Source of the DNA: Gemmata obscuriglobus | GTDB taxonomy: Bacteria > Planctomycetota > Planctomycetia > Gemmatales > Gemmataceae | DNA length: 32,000 nt | NCBI RefSeq assembly: GCF_008065095.1 | Contig: NZ_CP042911.1 | Coordinates: 8,580,001-8,612,000, forward strand | Direction: 5' to 3' | Shown: positions 25,466-32,000 of the stretch, one piece after another | Numbering within the stretch: the stretch's first letter is position 1 | Layout: each line of letters opens with the position of its first letter | Made by a program: the position numbers and the translations under genes | The notes under the pieces: generated by a model | Database searches by the model: none | The model's input: the letters and a program-made list of their open reading frames with translations, nothing else | Told to the model about the DNA's origin: nothing

Positions 25466-26020
25466 ATGAAGATCGTGAGGTACCCGCACCCGGCACTGCG
25501 GGCGAAAGCCAAACCGGTGATCGCCATCGACGCGGACGTGCAGAAGGCTGCGGCGCAGATGGTCGAGCTGATGTACCGGAGCGAGGGCCTGGGGCTGGCC
25601 GCGCCTCAGGTGACGCTCGATTACCAGATGATCGTGTTGAACCCGCTGGGCGAGGCCGACCAACCGGACCAGGAGGTCGTTGCGATCAACCCGGTCATCG
25701 TCGAGGCGAAGGGCTCCACGATCAACGACCGCGAGGGGTGCCTGAGTTTCCCCGGGCTGTACCAAAACGTGCGCCGGTACAAGACCGTGACGGTCAAGTT
25801 CTATAACCTGAAGGGCGAACTGGTTCAAACAACGGCGCACGACCTTGCGGCCCGTGTGTGGCAGCACGAGATCGACCACCTTCAGGGCACGCTGTTTATT
25901 GACAAGATGGGGTCGCTCGGCCTGTCACGCAGCCAGAAGGATCTGGAGAAGTTCATCTCGGACTTCGAGAAAGACAAGAAGAAGGGCGATCTGCCCCCGG
26001 ACATGGTCCAGGCGCTGTGA
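25466..26020 (+). CDS. def: peptide deformylase
   Basis: Shows GLGLAAPQ, EGCLSFPG and QHEIDHLQG. Start MKIVRYPHPAL. Confidence 0.93.
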   Translation: MKIVRYPHPALRAKAKPVIAIDADVQKAAAQMVELMYRSEGLGLAAPQVTLDYQMIVLNPLGEADQPDQEVVAINPVIVEAKGSTINDREGCLSFPGLYQNVRRYKTVTVKFYNLKGELVQTTAHDLAARVWQHEIDHLQGTLFIDKMGSLGLSRSQKDLEKFISDFEKDKKKGDLPPDMVQAL

Positions 26021-26118
26021 CGTTCGGCCCGTAATCGGTTGTCAGCTATCAGTCAGCGCTGACAGCACCGGCCACTCGCTCCGCTGACTGACCCCGCCCG
26101 CCGAGAACCGACAACTTC

Positions 26119-27126
26119 ATGCGCATCGTGATGATGGGGACGGGTACGTTCGCCGAGCCGACGTTCGAGGCGCTGATCGCGGCGTTCGGTGCGGACGTGG
26201 TGGGGCTGGTGACGCAACCGGAGCGCGACACCGGCAACAAGCGCGGCAGCACGCGCCAGACCGGCAAGGGTATGGCGAACATCGCCCGCGCGGCGAACAT
26301 CCCGGTCGCTCAACCCGAGAGCATCAACACACCCGAAGGGCTAACACAACTTCAGGCGATGGCGCCCGACCTGCTCGTGGTTGCGGCATACGGGCAGATC
26401 CTGTCGAAGGACGTCATCAACGCACCGACCCGCGGCATCATCAACGTTCACGCCTCGCTGCTGCCGAAGTACCGCGGGGCCGCGCCCGTCGCCTATGCGA
26501 TCCTCGGGGGCGAAGCCCGAACCGGCGTGACCATCATCAAGGTGACGCCCGGGCTCGACTCCGGCGACATGGTCCTTCAGGAATCGCTCGACATTCTCCC
26601 GACCGATACTACCGGCACGCTGGAAGCTCGCCTCGCAACCCTTGGCGCGGGGATGGCGGTCGAGGCCACGCAGAAGTACGCCGCGGGCGGCCCGGTCGAA
26701 GGTGCGAAGCAAGACCCCGCGCTAGTAACGAAAGCGCCGAAGATCAAGAAGGAGTTCGGGCTCATCGACTGGACGAAACCGGCGGGCTACGTCGAGCGGT
26801 TCGTGCGTGCGATGCAGCCGTGGCCGACCGCGTACACGTTCCTGCACCGCCCCGGTAAGGAGCCGATGCGGGTGATCGTGAGTAAAGTCGCGTGCGGTGC
26901 GATGTGCCCGTGTGGCCCCAACCGCCCCGCGACGGGGACTGTCAGCGGCAGCAGAAAGGACCCTGTGTCCGGCAACGTGGTCATTAGTGTCTGGGTGGGA
27001 GACAACATCTCCATCGACCTTTCCGAACTTCAGCCCGCAGGGAAGAAGAAGATGACCGCGGAGGAGTTCCTTCGTGGTTATCCGATCGTTGAAGGTATGC
27101 GGTTCGGACCGGAAGTGCTGTCATGA
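26119..27126 (+). CDS. fmt: methionyl-tRNA formyltransferase
   Basis: Shows MRIVMMGTGTFA, HASLLPKYRGAAPV and the C-terminal Fmt domain. It overlaps the rsmB start by 4 nt. Confidence 0.92.
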   Translation: MRIVMMGTGTFAEPTFEALIAAFGADVVGLVTQPERDTGNKRGSTRQTGKGMANIARAANIPVAQPESINTPEGLTQLQAMAPDLLVVAAYGQILSKDVINAPTRGIINVHASLLPKYRGAAPVAYAILGGEARTGVTIIKVTPGLDSGDMVLQESLDILPTDTTGTLEARLATLGAGMAVEATQKYAAGGPVEGAKQDPALVTKAPKIKKEFGLIDWTKPAGYVERFVRAMQPWPTAYTFLHRPGKEPMRVIVSKVACGAMCPCGPNRPATGTVSGSRKDPVSGNVVISVWVGDNISIDLSELQPAGKKKMTAEEFLRGYPIVEGMRFGPEVLS

Positions 27127-28520
27127 GTATCACCGCACGACAGGTCGCGGCCGACGTGCTGAACCGGTCCCGGTCGCGCGACGGGTTCGCCGCCGAACTC
27201 GTGGACGACGCCGTTAACGCCGCGAACCTCTCTCCGCAGGATCGTCGGTTCGTTACGCAACTGGTGTTCGGGGTGATCCGCCGCGGCGGCACCCTGGACG
27301 CGTTGCTCAAGCCGTTCATCCACCTGCCAACGCACGCGGTTCAGGACCGCGTTTGGGATTTGCTGCGTCTCGGGGCGTTCCAGCTTACGTTTCTCACGCA
27401 CGTTCCGAAGCACGCGGCCGTTCACGAGACCGTCGAACTCGCGGAGCACGTCGGCGCGCCGAAGGCAAAAGGGTTCGTCAACGGCGTGTTGCGCCGGATC
27501 GCGGAGCTGACCACCGACGAGTTCACGGACGCGCCTGGGGCCGCTGCGGTGCCGTTCGCGCTGGTCGAAAGCGCCCCGACGCCGTCGGAAGGGGGCGGGA
27601 GGGGTTCTTACCGCCGGCTTACCAAACCCGTTCTGCCTGATCCCGCAACCGATCCGGCACCATACTTCGCCGCGGCGTTCTCGTTCCCACAGTGGCTCGC
27701 GAACCGCTGGTTGAAGAGGTACGGCGTCGACGAGTGCGTCCGCTTGGGTTTTTGGTTCAATGCCGCACCGCCGCTGTGGGTTCGGGTGAACAAACTGCGC
27801 GCGAGCCGCGAGAGCTACCGCATCCAGCTCGCGGCGCAGACGATCGAGGTCGAACCCGGCGAGCACCCGCAGGCGCTGCGGTTTTCGCAGCATCACAGCA
27901 TCCGCGACCTGCCCGGGTACGCCGAAGGCGACTTCGCGGTGCAGGACCATTCGTCGATGTTGGTGGCGTCCGCGCTGGGTGTCCAGCCCGGGATGCGGAT
28001 TCTGGACGCCTGCGCCGCGCCGGGCGGGAAGACCACGCACCTGATGGAACTGATGGACGGCCGCGGGCACATCACCGCGTGCGACATCGACCCGAAGCGG
28101 CTCGAAACGGTCGCCGCCCTCGCACAGCGGATGCGGCTCACGGGCATCGAAACCGTTCTGCTGAAGGATAATGAGGAGTTCCCCGCGGGGCCGTTCGACG
28201 CCGCCCTGGTGGACGTGCCGTGTAGTAATACGGGCGTGATCGGGCGCCGTCCGGAGGTGAGGTGGCGCCTTAAACCGAACGAATTCGAGTACCTCATCCG
28301 CCTTCAAACGCGACTGCTGATCCTCGCGGCCGATCGCGTCAAGCCCGGCGGTGCGGTGGTGTACTCCACGTGCAGCATCGAGCCCGACGAGAACGAGGGT
28401 GTCGTGAAAGCGGTGCTCCGCGGGATGCGCGGGCTGACGCTCGAAGCGGAACACCACTCGGTCCCGGGGCGGCCGTCCGATGGCGGGTACTGGGCGCGAC
28501 TTCGGAAGGCGAACGCGTAG
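27123..28520 (+). CDS. rsmB: 16S rRNA (cytosine-C5)-methyltransferase RsmB/Sun
   Basis: Has a NusB-like N-domain. Also shows DACAAPGGKT (SAM binding), DVPCSNTGV and YSTCSIEPDENE (catalytic Cys motifs). Confidence 0.9.
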   Translation: MSITARQVAADVLNRSRSRDGFAAELVDDAVNAANLSPQDRRFVTQLVFGVIRRGGTLDALLKPFIHLPTHAVQDRVWDLLRLGAFQLTFLTHVPKHAAVHETVELAEHVGAPKAKGFVNGVLRRIAELTTDEFTDAPGAAAVPFALVESAPTPSEGGGRGSYRRLTKPVLPDPATDPAPYFAAAFSFPQWLANRWLKRYGVDECVRLGFWFNAAPPLWVRVNKLRASRESYRIQLAAQTIEVEPGEHPQALRFSQHHSIRDLPGYAEGDFAVQDHSSMLVASALGVQPGMRILDACAAPGGKTTHLMELMDGRGHITACDIDPKRLETVAALAQRMRLTGIETVLLKDNEEFPAGPFDAALVDVPCSNTGVIGRRPEVRWRLKPNEFEYLIRLQTRLLILAADRVKPGGAVVYSTCSIEPDENEGVVKAVLRGMRGLTLEAEHHSVPGRPSDGGYWARLRKANA

Positions 28521-28605
28521 CCGGCACGGTTGGCCTTGACGCGGTCCGACCGGGGCGGGTCTACTCTCGGTTCGGGTTCTCGCGATTACCAACCGGAACA
28601 CGTCT

Positions 28606-30999
28606 ATGGCCACGGACACGGCCCCGCCTTCGCCCGCCCCCGGCGGCGCCCTTGGCCCCGCTCCGCGGGGGGGGCGCGCTCAAACGTCGGCCGCCGACCC
28701 CACGACGCACTTGTGGCAGTTGCCGGTGCTGCTGATCGGCGTTGGCGTGTTCGTGTCCGCGTGGCAGGGGTGGCTCCCGGCCGGGCAGAGCGACCCCGCA
28801 TCCGCGTTCCGGCGCGCCGTCGAGTCACTTCGGGGCAGCTACGAGAAGCACGCCCCCGATCCTGAGGAGCTGAAAGCCAACCTCACCAGGGTGGCGACCG
28901 AAATCGACACCTTCCCCGAACACGCTCCGCTCGCCCGGTTCCACCTGGGCAGCGGGTACGTTCGGCTCGCCGAGATCACCCCCGCTCTGGAGGAGTCTCG
29001 GGGGTACTGGACGCTCGCCCGGCAGCACTTCGAGCGGGTCGATGAGAACCAGATTCGCGACCCGAATGACGCCCCGCGGCTGTCGTTCCGCAAGGCAAAA
29101 GTGCGGGCCGCGGTCGGGCTGCCGGCGGACGCACCGGCGGCCGACCTCGCGCTCCTCACCACCGTACTGAACGCTCCCCCGCCGGGCGAAGAGGGGGGCG
29201 ACACCAAGCGCCTTATTGCGGACCTGGCCCTGCGCCAAAACCCACCCGACCTGGCGGGTGCGAAAGTCGCATTGAACGACTATGTCCGGTCGGCCGGTCC
29301 GGTCACGCCAGCCGCTTCGCTCGCACGCGCGCGGCTCAAGCTGGCGGCCATCTTCCTCCTCACGAAGGAATACGAGCACGCCCGCAAGTGGCTCGGGCAG
29401 ATCGGCGCGGACGCGCCCGTCGACGTGTTCGCCCCCGCGAAAGCGGAGATGGCCCGGGTATTAATGGCCGAGGGCGACTACGCCGGAGCCACGAAGGAGC
29501 TGGACGCGCTGCGCGCCGTGCCCGGGTTGCCGACCGTGTACCGTGTGGGGTCGGCCTACGACCTCGGCGTGTGCAAGCTGCGGTTGCGCGAGCCCGATGC
29601 CGCGTTAAAACTCTTTGAGGAAGCCGTGAAGGGCACCGGCGAAGAGGCCGTCGCCGCCGCCGTTCAGTTGGCCGAATTGCACCTCCGGTCCCAGGATCAG
29701 AACCGACACAAGGCGGCGGTGCCGCTGCTCATGGACGCCGTCAAGGCCGCCAAGAGCGCCGCCGACTTCCGGAACGAGTTCGTGGCGGTTGCCGAGGTGC
29801 AGGCCGCGTTCGAACTCGCGGTCACCACGCTGCTCGCGGACGGTGCGTTCGAGCCCGCGCTGACGGTCGCGGACGCGTACGGCGCGGTGGCGGCATCCGG
29901 GCGCGAGCGCGAGAAGCGGGCCGACGTGCTGGCCGCGTGGGGCACGGCAATTATGAAGTCCCAGAGCCCGACCGAAGCGGGGCCGAAATTGAAGGCTGCG
30001 GCCGATGAGTACGCGGCGCTGGTCGCGTTTCAGCCCGGGACCGACGGAAAACTGGAACTGCTGCGCCGGGCCTCGGAACTGTACCGCCGCGCCAACGACC
30101 CGGGGGCGGCCGTGCAGCGGTTGCAGGAGGCGGTGAAGCTCCCGAACATCCCCGCGCAACTCATCGGCTCGGTGTGGCTGGAGCTGGCCGACGCGATGCT
30201 CGCCGCGAAGCAGACCGACGGGGTGTGGCGCGTGTTCAACGAGGTGATGGCCACCGAAGGGTACGCGTCCACCGCCACGCGGTACCGGCTGGCACGCCAG
30301 TTCGTGGACTCGCGACACGCGGGGCTGGTGCCCATGGGGCGGGCGCTGTTCGAGCAGATCGCGAAACAGCAAAACGTTTCGCCGGCCGAGCGCGAGTACC
30401 ACGAGCGGGCGCTCACCGAACTGGCGAACGACTTGATTCAGCAGGGCAACTTCAACGACGCCGAAGCGCGCGTGCGGACGCAACTGAGCATCTACCCGAA
30501 CGGCCCCGAGGCGCCGCTCGCGCGGTTGCTCCTGGGCGTGTGCCTGCTGTGGAAGGCCGATGCACCGGGCACGGAGCCCGCGGACGCGGCGAAGTGGCGC
30601 GAGGAGGCGGTGGCCGCGTTCAAACAGATCGTGGCGGATTGTAACCGGATCGAGCAGCGGAACACAAAGCTCAAGGATGGCGAGCAGTGGCTGCGGCTCC
30701 AGGCCTCGCTCCGAATCCTGAAGGCGTACCAGCAGATGGGCAAGTCGAACGATCTGCTGGGCGAGGCCAGCCGGTTGCTGGATCAACACAAGGGCACGGT
30801 CGACGAGCTTATCATCTTGAGCCTGATGTACCACGCGTTCAAGCAGAACAACGACCCGGTGAGCATGGCGGCGATTCGGGATCGGATGAAGGAGGCGTTC
30901 GACAAGTTGCCGCCGTCGGCGTTCCCGCAGACCGGTGAGGAAAAAGAGTACAGCCGAGGATACTGGCTGACGAAGTGGTTCGCCCCGGAACCGAAGTAG
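28606..30999 (+). CDS. large membrane-anchored helical-repeat (TPR-like) protein, hypothetical
   Basis: N-terminal TM helix WQLPVLLIGVGVFVSAW. The rest is a long Ala/Leu-rich alpha-helical repeat region. Coding-like composition, unlike the antisense ORF 29605-31584. Confidence 0.65.
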   Translation: MATDTAPPSPAPGGALGPAPRGGRAQTSAADPTTHLWQLPVLLIGVGVFVSAWQGWLPAGQSDPASAFRRAVESLRGSYEKHAPDPEELKANLTRVATEIDTFPEHAPLARFHLGSGYVRLAEITPALEESRGYWTLARQHFERVDENQIRDPNDAPRLSFRKAKVRAAVGLPADAPAADLALLTTVLNAPPPGEEGGDTKRLIADLALRQNPPDLAGAKVALNDYVRSAGPVTPAASLARARLKLAAIFLLTKEYEHARKWLGQIGADAPVDVFAPAKAEMARVLMAEGDYAGATKELDALRAVPGLPTVYRVGSAYDLGVCKLRLREPDAALKLFEEAVKGTGEEAVAAAVQLAELHLRSQDQNRHKAAVPLLMDAVKAAKSAADFRNEFVAVAEVQAAFELAVTTLLADGAFEPALTVADAYGAVAASGREREKRADVLAAWGTAIMKSQSPTEAGPKLKAAADEYAALVAFQPGTDGKLELLRRASELYRRANDPGAAVQRLQEAVKLPNIPAQLIGSVWLELADAMLAAKQTDGVWRVFNEVMATEGYASTATRYRLARQFVDSRHAGLVPMGRALFEQIAKQQNVSPAEREYHERALTELANDLIQQGNFNDAEARVRTQLSIYPNGPEAPLARLLLGVCLLWKADAPGTEPADAAKWREEAVAAFKQIVADCNRIEQRNTKLKDGEQWLRLQASLRILKAYQQMGKSNDLLGEASRLLDQHKGTVDELIILSLMYHAFKQNNDPVSMAAIRDRMKEAFDKLPPSAFPQTGEEKEYSRGYWLTKWFAPEPK

Positions 31000-31092
31000 T
31001 GTTCGGTCCGGGCGTGCGAAACGGCAGGGGGGTGAAGCTGTTCCGGCTTCGCCCCCCTGCCGTTTTCGCACGCCCGGACCGAACACTACTTC
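30992..31092. terminator. about 100-nt near-perfect hairpin between convergent genes, overlapping both stop codons
   Basis: 30992-31018 pairs with 31066-31092 (27 bp). After a 1-nt bulge, 31022-31032 pairs with 31052-31062. Then 31034-31038 pairs with 31046-31050 around a 7-nt loop. Confidence 0.65.
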
Positions 31093-32000
31093 GCCAGGTA
31101 GATCACGACCGCAACCGCGAGCCACACGAGCCCGAAAAGCACCCCCGCGATCATCCCCGTGATCGCGAGCCGTGCGGTGCGTTGCGCCCGCGCCAGCGCT
31201 TCGGCCGCCGCCGCCGCTTCGCGGATCGGCCCCACATCGAGCCCGCCGGTGCTTTCCTGCACCGCCGCCGCCGCCAGCGGGGGCAGCTTTCCGGACGGCT
31301 GCCCGTGCCGGTCCGGGACGTTCACGAACGGCAGCAGCGCCTGCACCGCCACGCCGGCGGTCGGGTAACGGTCCCCCGGCTCCTTGGCGAGCATGACTTC
31401 GACGACGTCGGACAGCGCTTCGGGGATCTCGTCGCGCAGCTCGCGTGGCGGGACCACCGGTGTGAGCTGGTGCGCGATCATCTTCGCCGCGGTCGTCCCG
31501 GCGAACGGCGGGCGGCCGGTCAGCAAGTGATAGAGGGTGGCGCCGAGGTTGTAGATGTCGGCCCGATGATCCGCGCTCTCGCAATTGCGGAGCTGCTCGG
31601 GGGCCGCGTAGTCCGTGGTCGCCAGTAGCCCGCTGTTGCGGGCAAGTTTCGTTCCCGATTCCTCGAAGAACTCCGCGAGGCCGAGGTCCAGCACCTTCAC
31701 GATGCCGTCGCCCCCGACGAGCAGGTTCGCGGGCTTGATATCCCGGTGGGCGACGCCCTTGTCGTGCGCGTGCTGGAGCCCGGCCGCGGCCTGCACGGCG
31801 TAACTGACCGCCTCGCCGACGGGCAACCGCCCCCGCGCGGTGAGGGTGCGGTCGAGGGTCTCGCCGTCAATGTACTCGAGTACGAGGAAATGGGTGCCCT
31901 TGTCGCAGGCGACGTCGTAGGCGTGAACGATGTTGGGGTGGTCGAGGGTCGCGGCGGCGCGGGCCTCACGGTAGAACCGCTCCACGTTGACGGGGTCGAG
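31086..32000 (-). CDS. Ser/Thr protein kinase, C-terminal part (N-terminus beyond the right edge), tail-anchored
   Basis: Hanks motifs HRDIKPANLL, DLGLA and DYAAPEQ. C-terminal TM helix ITGMIAGVLFGLVWLAVAVVIYL. The reading frame is still open at position 32000. Confidence 0.85.
   Translation of the reverse strand, partial: LDPVNVERFYREARAAATLDHPNIVHAYDVACDKGTHFLVLEYIDGETLDRTLTARGRLPVGEAVSYAVQAAAGLQHAHDKGVAHRDIKPANLLVGGDGIVKVLDLGLAEFFEESGTKLARNSGLLATTDYAAPEQLRNCESADHRADIYNLGATLYHLLTGRPPFAGTTAAKMIAHQLTPVVPPRELRDEIPEALSDVVEVMLAKEPGDRYPTAGVAVQALLPFVNVPDRHGQPSGKLPPLAAAAVQESTGGLDVGPIREAAAAAEALARAQRTARLAITGMIAGVLFGLVWLAVAVVIYLAK

Noticed and set aside
26039-26064. The palindrome GTCAGCGCTGAC (26052-26063), plus TGTCAGC/GCTGACA pairing between def and fmt, as a possible attenuator or operator.
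   Set aside because: It is short with alternative pairings and no U-tract, and def-fmt is normally co-transcribed. It is not distinguishable from chance in GC-rich DNA without comparative data.
4470-31584. Other long antisense or off-frame ORFs in the track: 4470-6269(-), 5704-6936(-), 9228-10904(-), 11307-12530(-), 13859-15424(+), 15833-17026(+), 22059-23270(-), 27078-28619(-), 29605-31584(-), and many shorter ones.
   Set aside because: Each overlaps a gene with clear family motifs or a credible signal peptide on the other strand or frame. All have Arg/Pro/Gly-dominated composition and lack recognisable domains or SD-start pairs.
1-32000. CRISPR arrays, rRNA genes and prophage or defence-system gene sets.
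   Set aside because: I saw no regularly spaced direct repeats, no rRNA-like conserved stretches, and no nuclease, ATPase or methylase modules typical of defence islands anywhere in the window.

Overview
This is a GC-rich bacterial chromosomal window. Codon third positions are almost all G/C, and long Arg/Pro/Gly-rich shadow ORFs lie antisense to every real gene. Gene content, a very long Pro/Ala-rich IF2 and dispersed palindromic repeats suggest a planctomycete (Gemmata-like), but that is an unverified impression.

Layout, left to right:
- 1-101: the start of a divergent lipoprotein gene.
- 461-1710: an ISAs1-family insertion sequence with recognisable 21-nt terminal inverted repeats and a frameshifted transposase.
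- 1933-10970: an accessory type II FAS/PKS-like cluster. It encodes hotdog dehydratase, FabG-like ketoreductase, an ACP with a large insertion, a second hotdog dehydratase, an internal terminator, a ketosynthase paralog lacking the catalytic Cys (CLF-like), an intact ketosynthase, a membrane-anchored alpha/beta hydrolase, an exported tandem-duplicated protein and a GH3-family adenylating ligase.
- 11343-12560: an M20 (PepT-like) peptidase gene bracketed by two copies of a ~115-nt palindromic ACAGGAT-heptamer repeat.
- 12893-15391: a minus-strand stress-protein gene and a minus-strand secreted hypothetical, separated by 500 bp of structured non-coding DNA.
- 15990-22535: a housekeeping nusA-infB-DUF503-rbfA operon with an atypical low-GC zinc-ribbon membrane ORF inserted before rbfA.
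- 22608-25276: an endonuclease-III-like Fe-S protein, an alpha-oxoamine synthase and an SMR (SugE/Gdx-like) transporter.
- 25466-28520: the def-fmt-rsmB operon.
- 28606-32000: a large TPR-like membrane protein convergent with a tail-anchored Ser/Thr kinase that runs off the right edge.

The most interesting candidate system is the FAS/PKS-like cluster with its Cys-to-Asp KS partner, unusual ACP and GH3 ligase. No rRNA, tRNA or CRISPR array was recognised. All family calls come from motif reading by eye, and no database search was run.
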